Below, piece after piece: positions 9,366 to 18,787 of a DNA stretch of 64,000 bases (positions within the stretch are counted from its first letter, which is position 1; each line of letters starts with the position of its first letter). The position numbers were made by a program, and so were the translations under genes. The notes beneath the pieces were generated by a model. The model searched no databases and was not told the DNA's origin. It saw only the letters and a program-made list of their open reading frames with translations. The stretch lies in NCBI GenBank assembly GCA_045630905.1, contig JAZQTT010000013.1, forward strand, positions 2,192 through 66,191. The letters are read 5' to 3'. This DNA is from Candidatus Nanosyncoccus sp. Its GTDB lineage: Bacteria > Patescibacteriota > Saccharimonadia > Saccharimonadales > Saccharimonadaceae.

Positions 9366-10675
9366 TAATCTTCTACAAGAGTAAATTCTTTACCAGCGAT
9401 AGAGATAATTGAATCTGGCTGAGCGCCTTTTGAGGTAAGTTCAGCTCTAATGCCAAGTTTTTTCATTATATCTCTTAGGCGGTTTACTGAGGCATAATTA
9501 TTAAGGTCAGTACGGCGAGCAAACTTTTCAATTTTTTCACCGGTAACCAAGAAGGCTCCATCTTCCTGCTCTTCCACTTTCCAGGTATCTTTAAGCTGAT
9601 TAGGATTCAGGGAAATAGTAGGAATTGAATCCTGATCGACACTCGGTTCAGTTAATTCTTTGCCACTTTCCTGGGCCTTAGAAATACTCGTTGAATAAAC
9701 TTGTTTTAACTCCCTTAAAAGCTCTGTTAAGCCTTGGTGAGCCTGAGAAGAAATTGCAAAAATCTTAGCATCAGGGTTTTTAGCGAGAATTGAAGATATT
9801 TGCATATTGATAATTTCTTGGTCTACTCCTTCACATTTAGTGAGAGCGATAACCTCCGGGCGGTCTCTTAAATCTGAATACTTATCTAATTCATTTCTAA
9901 TGGTTTGATATGCTTCGCCGGCATCGTTATTATAGATATCAATAAGATGAAGTAAAACCGCTGTACGGTCAACATGGCGCAAAAAATCATGACCAAGGCC
10001 TTTGCCCTCGGAAGCGCCCTCGATAAGGCCTGGAATATCAGCAATTAAGAGATCTTGACCATCAATTGTAGCAACGCCAAGATTAGGAGTAATAGTAGTA
10101 AATGGGTAATCGGCAATTTCTGGCTTAGCGTTAGAAATTACAGAGAGAAAAGTAGATTTACCAGCATTAGGCAAACCAACAAGTCCAACATCGGCCATAG
10201 TTTTTAGCTCCAACTCAGCTTCAAATTCTTCGCCTGGTTCACCTACCTCAGCGATACGAGGAGTTTGACGAGTGGAACTCTTAAAATGGGCGTTTCCAAA
10301 CCCGCCGTCACCACCTTTAGCGATGATTGCTTCTTCACCGTCATGGGTTAGGTCTGCAATTTGTGTCCTCTCCCCGTTTTCTTTCTTATATACACAAGTC
10401 CCAACTGGAACATCAACGATTAAATCTTTCCCAGAACGGCCAGCCGAACGCTGTCCGGAACCGTTTTTACCATTGCCAGCTTCTAGAATTGGGGTAAAAC
10501 GAAAGTCAATTAAAGTGTTAGTGTTACGATCAGCTTTAAAGATAATATCGCCGCCTTTACCACCGTCGCCACCATCTGGTCCACCTTTTGGAATGTAGAT
10601 TTCATGCCGAAAAGAGACGGCTCCATCACCGCCTTTACCGGCCTTCAAACTCACTTTTGCGACGTCTACAAACAT
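9362..10675 (-). CDS. obgE: GTPase ObgE/CgtA
   Basis: MFVDVAKVSLKAGKGGDGAVSFR, Gly-rich Obg fold, GLPNAGKST, DIPGLIEGA, C-terminal OCT domain. Confidence 0.97.
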   Translation of the reverse strand: MFVDVAKVSLKAGKGGDGAVSFRHEIYIPKGGPDGGDGGKGGDIIFKADRNTNTLIDFRFTPILEAGNGKNGSGQRSAGRSGKDLIVDVPVGTCVYKKENGERTQIADLTHDGEEAIIAKGGDGGFGNAHFKSSTRQTPRIAEVGEPGEEFEAELELKTMADVGLVGLPNAGKSTFLSVISNAKPEIADYPFTTITPNLGVATIDGQDLLIADIPGLIEGASEGKGLGHDFLRHVDRTAVLLHLIDIYNNDAGEAYQTIRNELDKYSDLRDRPEVIALTKCEGVDQEIINMQISSILAKNPDAKIFAISSQAHQGLTELLRELKQVYSTSISKAQESGKELTEPSVDQDSIPTISLNPNQLKDTWKVEEQEDGAFLVTGEKIEKFARRTDLNNYASVNRLRDIMKKLGIRAELTSKGAQPDSIISIAGKEFTLVEDY

Positions 10676-10792
10676 AACAATATTATATCATATTTTTTGA
10701 TTTTGTTAAGGTTTCATGGTATACTGTTTGGTACGAGAAAATCTCGCGTAGTATTAACAATCAGATTTCATATGCAAAAAGGAGGTGGCGAT

Positions 10793-12103
10793 ATGAATCG
10801 AAGTTTGAAACCTGAAACAGTATTAAAAATGATCGAGGAGCTTGAGCCTGGCGATGAGCTTCTCTTGAACGCCTGTATGGGGCAAAGTGAATTACCTTTA
10901 AAGGCGATTGAGCCGCTGGTGATGTACTCGTTTGAATGGGCGAAGCAAGTCGGAGGAAGTCAAAATTTCACCGAAGATGAGATGCAGAAGTGGCTTAATG
11001 CTGAGGAAAAATTAAAAACAGTGGCAGTGGCCGCTAGCTGCATCGGAAGAAAAGTTCCATTTAGGATAATTGACCAACTGTTGACTCAGGCTATTGAATT
11101 TAGAGATGATGATCTGAAAGATCTGGTCGTCGAGGCAGTAGTTGGACAAGATGTCCCAAATCACCTGATTAACGATTGGGCATTCTTTAGACCCGAGACG
11201 TATTTCAATGCAGCTATGGCTGCATGTATCGGGAGGAAGAATCCTAATTTGGTTGGGATTATCTATCGTGGACTCGATTACGACTCTAAAGTTGCGAACG
11301 AGTACGCAATCAAGGCCTGTGATGAGGCGCTTATTGATTTTAACCATATTCGTGGCTGGATCAATAGTGCTAACGGAATACTACGATTAGCAGCTATCAA
11401 CGCGTGCCGAGGCAGATATCCAATTCCAACTGGGATCGTCAAAGCAGCGCTCCGTTACACAGACTCAATCAAGGTTCCACAGGAGGCACCGTCAGTAAGG
11501 CTCGCTAGTGAGCTAAGTCCTGAAGAGTACGCTCAAATTTTAGTAGTCTTCAGAGACTATCTACCAAAGAGCGTACTTTATAAGGCGCTTTTTAGTGCGG
11601 AGCCGGAAATAATTCTGGGAGCTCTTGAGGCATGTCAGAAGACAACACTAAATTTTCGAATCCGGGGCAGGATTATCAACATTATCCTTGATAAAAATGT
11701 TGGTGATTTTAGCCCGGAAAAGAAACGGGAGATTCGCAAAACGGCAATCAAAACTGCCCACAAGGCGAATATTAGATTGCCATTAAAGAGGGATTTCATG
11801 CCTCCGGAGATCGTTTTCATGAAATGTGCGAACGACGTAATCGTGTCGGCGCATATTCATGGTTCCGCATTGATAAGAGGTAATCCGGGAAAGGGTCTAT
11901 GCTATACAGACGGCGCACTGATTATGCGCGTGGAAGGAAGCTTTTACGGTGAAAGAGTAGGAGTTTCTATGCTGGATAAAAAGACGCTCTACTATGTAGG
12001 GAAAAATGTGATAATCAAAAACTTCGATTATCTAATTCCAGATAGTGATAGCTTCCCGTTCTTCTGCACCAGAAAAGAAGCGGAGGAGTTCTCCGGTTTT
12101 TAA
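10793..12103 (+). CDS. Hypothetical protein: helical HEAT-like N-terminus plus degenerate DUF5758-like C-terminal domain
   Basis: GGAGG SD before ATG 10793; A/C/L-rich helical repeats; C-terminus VFMKC..VIVS....S.LD....Y.VG....NFD......FFCTRKEA resembles DUF5758 (recall). Confidence 0.5.
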   Translation: MNRSLKPETVLKMIEELEPGDELLLNACMGQSELPLKAIEPLVMYSFEWAKQVGGSQNFTEDEMQKWLNAEEKLKTVAVAASCIGRKVPFRIIDQLLTQAIEFRDDDLKDLVVEAVVGQDVPNHLINDWAFFRPETYFNAAMAACIGRKNPNLVGIIYRGLDYDSKVANEYAIKACDEALIDFNHIRGWINSANGILRLAAINACRGRYPIPTGIVKAALRYTDSIKVPQEAPSVRLASELSPEEYAQILVVFRDYLPKSVLYKALFSAEPEIILGALEACQKTTLNFRIRGRIINIILDKNVGDFSPEKKREIRKTAIKTAHKANIRLPLKRDFMPPEIVFMKCANDVIVSAHIHGSALIRGNPGKGLCYTDGALIMRVEGSFYGERVGVSMLDKKTLYYVGKNVIIKNFDYLIPDSDSFPFFCTRKEAEEFSGF

Positions 12104-12177
12104 ACCTTATCGCGTATGGAATCTGTTCTTATTGGGTCCATCAAAAAATAGGTGGGCCCAATTTTCATTTTTAGGTA

Positions 12178-12206
12178 TTGACATTTTTCCGTTTATGCTT
12201 TATTAT
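12178..12206 (+). promoter_or_regulatory. Sigma70-type promoter of a putative sRNA
   Basis: TTGACA (12178-83), 17 bp, TATTAT (12201-06). Confidence 0.7.
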
Positions 12207-12212
12207 AGGTAT

Positions 12213-12367
12213 AAGCTGGTACGCTTCACAGGGGTTCCACTGACTATTAGTGGAGTGTGGAGACTTACATTAAAAAACAAACAGCGGATTAAAACAAACC
12301 AATGTGCCCCCTTGGGTGGGTGCGCATCAGCGAAAAAGGGTAGCCTTGTAGGGAGGCTACCTTTTTT
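12213..12367 (+). ncRNA. Putative stand-alone structured small RNA (~155 nt), class unknown
   Basis: Promoter upstream; closing stem 12215-12234 with 12307-12331; two inner hairpins; A/C-rich loop; terminator GGTAGCCT/AGGCTACC plus T6 (12339-12367). Confidence 0.6.
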
Positions 12368-12388
12368 GGCTTTAATTATTCATAAACT

Positions 12389-12847
12389 CTATTCTTCTTC
12401 CCCCAAGGCTTCTTCCCCCTGATTATCATCAGGAAATTCATCAAAAGAGTAACTATATTTGTCTTTTTCTTTCACCAAGTTGAATATTCCGGAACCATCT
12501 TCTTTTTCAGCATATCCTTTTTTATACATTTCCTCTTTTTCATGAAGATTAGGGACCGGACCCATTGCTTTTATGCCATCTTCAGCATCCCCAGACCCAC
12601 GAGTCCAAAGAGCAGCAAGAACGGTAAGACAAAAACCACCAATAAATGCTGCGGTTTTTATCTTAGCTTTTCTTCGCTTTTCTTTAACTTCTAATTCTGC
12701 AGCATTAGCATTGGCGCCAGCCCCTCTAGTTATTTTGCTGCTTATTTCCTCGTCTTCAAATAATTTTTGGACCGCTTCAGGCGTTTCGCGATCATCTTCC
12801 CCATGCATTCCTACGTAAGCCGGGTCTTTAAATTCATTATTATCCAT
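12389..12847 (-). CDS. Hypothetical single-pass membrane protein
   Basis: 152 aa, AAGGAGG SD, one hydrophobic segment (TAAFIGGFCLTVLAALW), acidic termini. Confidence 0.7.
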   Translation of the reverse strand: MDNNEFKDPAYVGMHGEDDRETPEAVQKLFEDEEISSKITRGAGANANAAELEVKEKRRKAKIKTAAFIGGFCLTVLAALWTRGSGDAEDGIKAMGPVPNLHEKEEMYKKGYAEKEDGSGIFNLVKEKDKYSYSFDEFPDDNQGEEALGEEE

Positions 12848-13040
12848 CTAATCCCTCCTTCTTAGCAACTTCACGTGCTACATCTTCAGCATTTATGCCA
12901 TATTCGGCTAAGATTGTTGATATTTTTTCATCATCTCTTGTATCTTCATCCGACAAATTAGCAAGCTTTTCTATTGCTTCATATGGTAAGCGGTTTAAGA
13001 CTTCTTCTTGAACCTCATCAATGAATGCTTCTTGATCCAT
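12840..13040 (-). CDS. Small acidic hypothetical protein
   Basis: GAGGAGG SD before ATG 13040 (MDQEAFIDEVQEEV...); overlaps the start of the next gene. Confidence 0.65.
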   Translation of the reverse strand: MDQEAFIDEVQEEVLNRLPYEAIEKLANLSDEDTRDDEKISTILAEYGINAEDVAREVAKKEGLDG

Positions 13041-13121
13041 ATACCTCCTCTTTTCTACTACCATTGTACTAATGGCAAGGGACTTTTGTCAAGGATATGA
13101 GAAGGTGGTATAATATAGGGA

Positions 13122-13778
13122 ATGATAAAATTTACGATTATTACACTATTTAGGGAGGCGATTGAGCCATATCTTAAGACTTCTATGATGTGGAAGGCGG
13201 TAGAGAAGGGTCTGGCAGAATTCGATTTTGTTGATCTGAGAGAATTTGGCATTGGTCCTCATAAATCTGTAGATGATACTCCTTATGGAGGAGGAGACGG
13301 AATGCTTCTTAGGTGTGAACCAGTATTTAGCGCCATTGAATCAGTAAAAGCTAAAGATCCTAATGCAAAAGTGATTTTACCAACACCTGTAGGTGAGATT
13401 TGGAACCAAAAAATGGCAAAAACATTTGCCGTTCAGGATGCTCATTATATTATTTTGTGCCCACACTATGAGGGATATGATGAGAGAATTCTCTCAATCG
13501 TAGACTATAAAGTCTCGTTAGGAAAATACGTTTTAACTGGTGGTGAATTGCCGGCGCTAATTATGGTCGATTCCGTGGTAAGACTAATTCCAGGGGTACT
13601 TGGCGGGGAAAGATCCGCAGAAATTGAATCTTTTTCTGACGGAGATAATTTGGAATATCCTCAATATACCCGCCCAGAAGATTTCCGGGGAATGAAAGTG
13701 CCAGAAGTTTTACTCTCCGGTAATCATGGTGAGATTGCCAAATGGCGCGAAAGTCATTCCGGTAAGGTAGAATCGTAG
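13122..13778 (+). CDS. trmD: tRNA (guanine-N1)-methyltransferase TrmD
   Basis: VDDTPYGGGDGMLL, CPHYEGYDER, SLGKYVLTGGELPA, LEYPQYTRP, VPEVLLSGNH. Confidence 0.97.
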   Translation: MIKFTIITLFREAIEPYLKTSMMWKAVEKGLAEFDFVDLREFGIGPHKSVDDTPYGGGDGMLLRCEPVFSAIESVKAKDPNAKVILPTPVGEIWNQKMAKTFAVQDAHYIILCPHYEGYDERILSIVDYKVSLGKYVLTGGELPALIMVDSVVRLIPGVLGGERSAEIESFSDGDNLEYPQYTRPEDFRGMKVPEVLLSGNHGEIAKWRESHSGKVES

Positions 13779-13822
13779 ATTCTAGAGTAGAGTTTTTATC
13801 TAATTTAGCGTATAATGGCTAT

Positions 13823-15847
13823 ATGGATTTGTCCGTCTCAGTGGAGGAATTAAACGGCGTAGGACCAAAAACAGCGGAGATTCTGAAAAAACACGGGATC
13901 AAAACTGTAAGGGATTTTTTTTATAATTTACCTAGAGATTATGAAAATTACGAGGCCCCAACCTCTATCTCTGAAATTCGCCCCGGAAAAGTAGTAGTAA
14001 AAGGGAAAATAGATAGCCTTTCTTCTCGCCGAGCGAAAAGGCGAAATTTATCAATAGTAGAAGGGGTAGTCAGAGATCAAACTGGGGCGATAAAAGTCAT
14101 CTGGTTTAATCAAAATTACCGCGTAAAACAGTTTTTTCCAGATAAGGAATATTATTTCACGGGGAATTATGAGTTTAGAAATGGGCGCTATAGCCTAGTT
14201 TCGCCGTCAGCAGCCGAAGTATGCGAAATTGACCCAAAAACTGGCCTAAACCCCATCTACGTTGCTCATGGAGCATTAAAATCAAACAACTTCAGACGTT
14301 TAGCTTTAAAGTCACGTGATCAGTTTGTAAAAATTCCAGATCTTTTACCATCGGTAAAACAGGGGACACGAAAACAAGCGCTATTTGACGTTCATTTTCC
14401 AAGTTCGAAGAACTCTATAAAACAGGGGAGAGAATACTTAGCTTACGAAGAACTTTTTGAATTAATTTTAGCCGCTAGATTAAACCGGCGCGAAAATGAA
14501 AAACTAAAGGCCCTAAAAATCCCGTTTGAGGCGGAAAAAATCAAAAAATTAGTGGCAAGTTTACCATTCAAACTAACTAATGCTCAAAGATTGGCGGCTT
14601 GGGAAATTTTCCAGGACATGGAAAAAGAAACGCCAATGAATAGACTACTTCAGGGAGATGTAGGGTCAGGGAAGACTATGGTAGCCGCCCTTGCAGCTTA
14701 TGAAGCAGCCGTGAACGGGCATCAGATTGCTTTACTTGCCCCTACGGCAATTTTAGCCAATCAGCATTACGAGAGCCTTAAAAAGACTCTGGAGCTTTTT
14801 AATATTAAAGTGGCACTTCTTACTGGTGCAACCAAGAAAAAAGAGATCCTTAAAAAACAGATCAAATCTGGTGAAATTAATCTAGTAATTGGAACTCATG
14901 CACTACTTACTGATGATACGGAATTTGCTAAGCTTTCTTTAGTAATAATAGATGAGCAACATCGTTTTGGGGTAGAACAGAGACAGAAACTACTCCTAAA
15001 ATCACCAAAAGAATTTGCGCCGCATCTTTTATCTATGACTGCGACCCCGATTCCACGTTCACTGCAGCTCACGATTTTTGGAGATTTAGATGTTTCGGTT
15101 TTAAATGAACTACCAAAGGGGCGTCAGCCGATCACTACTAAAATCGTAACGGAGGTAGAAACAAGGGAGATAATTTATCCAAAAATCCGAGAAGAAATTG
15201 ATAAAGGAAGACAGACTTATTGGATCTGTAAGGCAATTGAAGATGGAAATGGAAATTTAGTATCAGAAGTAACTTCAGTAAAGAAACGAACCGTAAAACT
15301 AAAAGAAATCTTTCCAGAGAAGAGAATTGAATATTTGCACGGCAAAATGAATCCAGCAGAGAAAGATGCGGTGATGGAAAAATTCGCTAATGGGGAGATT
15401 AATATTCTAGTTTCAACCACAGTGGTGGAAGTAGGGGTAGATGTGCCAAACGCTACTACGATTACCATCGAAAACGCTGAAAGTTACGGTCTAGCCCAGC
15501 TTCATCAGTTAAGGGGCAGGGTGGGGAGAGGCAAACATCCTTCTTTTTGTTTCTTAATGACTTCGGGAGATAAAACCCCATCAAGACGTCTGAAGGAGTT
15601 AGAAAAGTCTACGGATGGCTTTTATCTAGCGGAAGTGGATCTAAAGATACGCGGACCTGGAGAAATCTATGGTGCCCTTCAGCATGGGGCGCTGGATCTA
15701 AGAATTGCCACTTTATCAGACACTAAATTAATCTCAAGAGCCCAAAAGGACGTAGTAGAATTCTTGAAAAATCCTGAAAATATGTTAAAATATGAAGAAT
15801 TAATGGATGGAATTAAAAAATACCAGCAGATAACAACTCTAAACTAA
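13823..15847 (+). CDS. recG: ATP-dependent DNA helicase RecG
   Basis: LLQGDVGSGKT, IIDEQHRFG, MTATPIPR, EVGVDVPNAT, QLHQLRGRVGRG, RGPGE. Confidence 0.97.
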   Translation: MDLSVSVEELNGVGPKTAEILKKHGIKTVRDFFYNLPRDYENYEAPTSISEIRPGKVVVKGKIDSLSSRRAKRRNLSIVEGVVRDQTGAIKVIWFNQNYRVKQFFPDKEYYFTGNYEFRNGRYSLVSPSAAEVCEIDPKTGLNPIYVAHGALKSNNFRRLALKSRDQFVKIPDLLPSVKQGTRKQALFDVHFPSSKNSIKQGREYLAYEELFELILAARLNRRENEKLKALKIPFEAEKIKKLVASLPFKLTNAQRLAAWEIFQDMEKETPMNRLLQGDVGSGKTMVAALAAYEAAVNGHQIALLAPTAILANQHYESLKKTLELFNIKVALLTGATKKKEILKKQIKSGEINLVIGTHALLTDDTEFAKLSLVIIDEQHRFGVEQRQKLLLKSPKEFAPHLLSMTATPIPRSLQLTIFGDLDVSVLNELPKGRQPITTKIVTEVETREIIYPKIREEIDKGRQTYWICKAIEDGNGNLVSEVTSVKKRTVKLKEIFPEKRIEYLHGKMNPAEKDAVMEKFANGEINILVSTTVVEVGVDVPNATTITIENAESYGLAQLHQLRGRVGRGKHPSFCFLMTSGDKTPSRRLKELEKSTDGFYLAEVDLKIRGPGEIYGALQHGALDLRIATLSDTKLISRAQKDVVEFLKNPENMLKYEELMDGIKKYQQITTLN

Positions 15848-15856
15848 GGGCAATAA

Positions 15857-16489
15857 ATGAAAATTATTAAAAAGCACAACAAGGGAAATACTGGCAAGGT
15901 TCGCATAATTTCGGGGCTCTATAAGGGACGCCAACTTCTAACTCCAGGCGGAAAAACCCACCCGATGGGTGAACGTGAACGCATTGCCCTATTTAATATG
16001 ATTAGTGATTCCATCCCTGGAGCACAAGTACTTGATGCATTTTCTGGAAGCGGAGCGCTAGGGTTTGAGGCGCTTTCTAGGGGTGCAGAGAGTGTAGTTT
16101 TTATTGATAATAGCAAAGAAGCGGAAGACTGCATTTATGACAATATGGTACTATTAGGGTTTTGTCAGTTTACAGAAAAGAACGGAAAAAGTGAAAGAAA
16201 ACTCTATAGAAGTGGATTAGTATCAGAAGAAGAACAACTTGGTGAGGTTAAAGTAATAAGAAAGAAAGTTTCTCAATTTAACACTAATCAGAAGTTTGAT
16301 ATAATTTTCGCTGATCCGCCATATGATAATTTTGATATTTCTGAAATAAAAAGCCTGGTTAAATATCTTAAAACTGGTGGGATATTTGTGCTTTCACATC
16401 CAGAAGACATAAAGATTGATCTTCCTGGATTAAACTTAATTAGAACTCGGCAATACGCTCGGGCCTATATTTCTATTTTTCAGGGATAG
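15857..16489 (+). CDS. rsmD: 16S rRNA m2G966 methyltransferase RsmD family
   Basis: VRIISGLYKGRQL, LDAFSGSGALGFEALSRGA, IIFADPPY. Confidence 0.9.
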   Translation: MKIIKKHNKGNTGKVRIISGLYKGRQLLTPGGKTHPMGERERIALFNMISDSIPGAQVLDAFSGSGALGFEALSRGAESVVFIDNSKEAEDCIYDNMVLLGFCQFTEKNGKSERKLYRSGLVSEEEQLGEVKVIRKKVSQFNTNQKFDIIFADPPYDNFDISEIKSLVKYLKTGGIFVLSHPEDIKIDLPGLNLIRTRQYARAYISIFQG

Positions 16490-16539
16490 ACTTGCGATTT
16501 TTAGTAAAGTGTGATATAATGACGTTATAAGGAGTTATT

Positions 16540-16977
16540 ATGTATACTCAGGGAGAAATAGAAAAGAAAGAAAAACGTAGGATTATTGCGGTTGCAGTAA
16601 TTGCAGTGGTTATCATTTTGATTCTAATTATTGCAATCATCGTAGTAGCCACAAAAAAATCTAGTAAAACCCTAGGTGGCGTCCAGAATAGTGAGACTAC
16701 TGTAAGCACAGAAGTTAAAGAAGAAGATAATAAAGAAAATGAAGAAACTAAACCTGAGGAAGAAAAGACTGAGGAGAAAACAGAAGAAAAAACTGAGCAG
16801 ATAACCGTAGGCAGTGTCTCTGCAGTTTCTAATACAGAGTCTAATACAAATACGGCAACGGGGAATACTTCAACAATGCCTACTACCGGTCCTGAAGATG
16901 TTTTCCCAATTGCGATAATGCTCGGAGCTTTAATTGCTTATATCGCTTCATCAATCATGGTAAAAAGAGACTATTAA
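16540..16977 (+). CDS. Small surface protein with N-terminal TM, low-complexity spacer and C-terminal LPXTG-like signal (MPTTG)
   Basis: Hydrophobic N-terminal segment; E/K/T-rich spacer; MPTTGPED then hydrophobic stretch and KR tail. Confidence 0.7.
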   Translation: MYTQGEIEKKEKRRIIAVAVIAVVIILILIIAIIVVATKKSSKTLGGVQNSETTVSTEVKEEDNKENEETKPEEEKTEEKTEEKTEQITVGSVSAVSNTESNTNTATGNTSTMPTTGPEDVFPIAIMLGALIAYIASSIMVKRDY

Positions 16978-16988
16978 TATACAGTATA

Positions 16989-17016
16989 AAAAATAACCCC
17001 GGATGGGGTTATTTTT
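16989..17016. terminator. Bidirectional intrinsic terminator
   Basis: AAAAATAACCCC-ggat-GGGGTTATTTTT perfect inverted repeat between convergent genes. Confidence 0.9.
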
Positions 17017-17022
17017 ACTTCT

Positions 17023-18501
17023 TTATCGGAAGTTCATCATACGTTCACGACGGATGAAGCGAATCAATAGCAGCACACCAATTGTAGTAATAATACCAGA
17101 AGTAATCATTGGTGAAGCATTTACATCTCCCGAGTCTTTACTTGTGGTAGCAGCACCGGTTTCTGGAGCTTTGCCGGGAACGACATCTGATACGGCACAG
17201 GTAACGGCAATTGAGTGTGATTCATCTACATCCTCAAATGTGTAGCCATAAGCGTATGATTCGATATCCTTAACATCTTTATTGTCTACCTTAATTCCTT
17301 TTAAGCTATATCCATCATTACAACTATATTTGATTTCTACATCATCACCTTCGGTAACGTCGGTAACTGTTGGCGTGATTTTACCGTTTTCAATAGATGT
17401 AGCAATACTGATTGTGTCTGGGTCTGGAGTTGGGGTTGGTTCTGGATCTGGGTCTGGATCTGGGTCCGGATCTGGGTCTGGAGTTGGAGTAGTTCCAGAT
17501 CTACCATATAGATTTGTGTTATTGCTGATAGTCATAGATGCTGGAGCTTTTTGAGTCATAGCTGCATCCGTATACCAGCCATCAAAGTCAGTTACGCCAG
17601 AAGGAGTAGTTGGGTTCAATGTTCCATACATAATGACTGTATCTGTACTTGTTACGCTGCCATTAATGTAATAGGAAACAGTCTTGGCAATCATGTTATT
17701 TCTTGAACCACGGCCAATCTTTGGTACTATGTATTTGAGTACTAGAGGAGCGCTTGGTCCACCATGAACTTCTGCCCAAAGAACATAATGTTCATCTAGC
17801 CCGGTAGTCGTTTCGGTGGAGACCCAACTAATACCATCTGTTTCAAGTGTGGTTGGATTTAAGACATAGGCTTGGTCAAGACCAGAGACAAATTGGTATC
17901 CTTCACCAACTTCAAAATCACTAAAGCCTGTTACAGCTTGGAAACTAACTTCTTGGCTTGTGCCATGTTCAAATAATCTGATTTGGCGGGTGATATAAAA
18001 ATCTCCGCTGCCTTCTGTACCGTTAGTTGAAATTACAGATACCTGTACTGCGCTACCGACATCTTTTCTAAAACCCCACTTAACTTGGTTCGCGCTAGTA
18101 GAGCCAGAGATAGCGAGATATTCACGTACGTCATATAACTTATTATTATACATAGCACCGTTTTCAACTAAAACGTAATGATAGCTGTCTATAGATGAGT
18201 TATTAGCACAGAAATAATAAATCTTAACATTGTTATCATTTGTTATTTCGCAGGTACTTACGCTAGATGACCCGGCAGAAATTTGATATGAAGAACCAGA
18301 AGCTCGATAATAGAGTATACCTTTTGAGTGACTAGCCGAGAACGGATTGGTTTGATATACTTTTTCATATCGTGGATTTGGGGTACGTGATGCAGCCATC
18401 ACATGATATGCCATTGAGAGAACTCCACTCGTAATTAGCCCTAGGCTCACTAGGACGCCAAAGATGCGTTTTGTTCTCCTTTCTTTGCGAATGTTTTTCA
18501 T
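17023..18501 (-). CDS. Secreted surface protein with InlB B-repeat-like module, Pro-Asp repeat and LPXTG-like signal (APETG)
   Basis: Signal-peptide-like N-terminus; FDGWYTD...TNLY motif; (PD)n; APETG, TM and RRER tail. Confidence 0.72.
   Translation of the reverse strand: MKNIRKERRTKRIFGVLVSLGLITSGVLSMAYHVMAASRTPNPRYEKVYQTNPFSASHSKGILYYRASGSSYQISAGSSSVSTCEITNDNNVKIYYFCANNSSIDSYHYVLVENGAMYNNKLYDVREYLAISGSTSANQVKWGFRKDVGSAVQVSVISTNGTEGSGDFYITRQIRLFEHGTSQEVSFQAVTGFSDFEVGEGYQFVSGLDQAYVLNPTTLETDGISWVSTETTTGLDEHYVLWAEVHGGPSAPLVLKYIVPKIGRGSRNNMIAKTVSYYINGSVTSTDTVIMYGTLNPTTPSGVTDFDGWYTDAAMTQKAPASMTISNNTNLYGRSGTTPTPDPDPDPDPDPDPEPTPTPDPDTISIATSIENGKITPTVTDVTEGDDVEIKYSCNDGYSLKGIKVDNKDVKDIESYAYGYTFEDVDESHSIAVTCAVSDVVPGKAPETGAATTSKDSGDVNASPMITSGIITTIGVLLLIRFIRRERMMNFR
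17416..17490. repeat. Short tandem repeats encoding the PTPDPDPDPDPDPEPTPTPDP linker
   Basis: Repeated GGATCTGGGTCT-like 6/12-bp units. Confidence 0.85.
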
Positions 18502-18616
18502 TTTTATTTTCCTTTTTTTATTTTACGTATGACTTATTTGTCTCTATTTTAATGCATATGTTTAAAAATGTCAAGGGGGTTTTATAAAAATAATAAATAT
18601 GTTATACTTTTTATAC

Positions 18617-18701
18617 GCCCGAGTGGTGAAATTGGTATACACGTATGCCTTAGGAGCATATGCCGCAAGGCGTGCTGGTTCAAGTCCAGTCTCGGGCACC
18701 A
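18617..18701 (+). tRNA. tRNA-Leu (anticodon UAG)
   Basis: GCCCGAG/CTCGGGC acceptor stem, D-loop GG, TATGC-CTTAGGA-GCATA anticodon arm, long variable arm, GGTTCAAGTCC T-arm, encoded CCA. Confidence 0.97.
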
Positions 18702-18787
18702 AATATTGGAATTACATATACTTGACTACCTGTCAAGTATATTTTATTTTAAAATGCTTGCGGTTATAAAATCGGTGTGCTATAATC

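Noticed and set aside
10604-10792. N-terminal extension of the 10604-12103 ORF
   Set aside because: Overlaps obgE on the opposite strand; GGAGG supports ATG 10793.
12045-12422. 125-aa ORF across the sRNA
   Set aside because: Overlaps both flanking genes, contains a promoter and a terminator internally, and has no SD.
18617-18701. tRNA-Leu as integration site of an island
   Set aside because: I found no duplicated tRNA 3' end and no integrase in the window.
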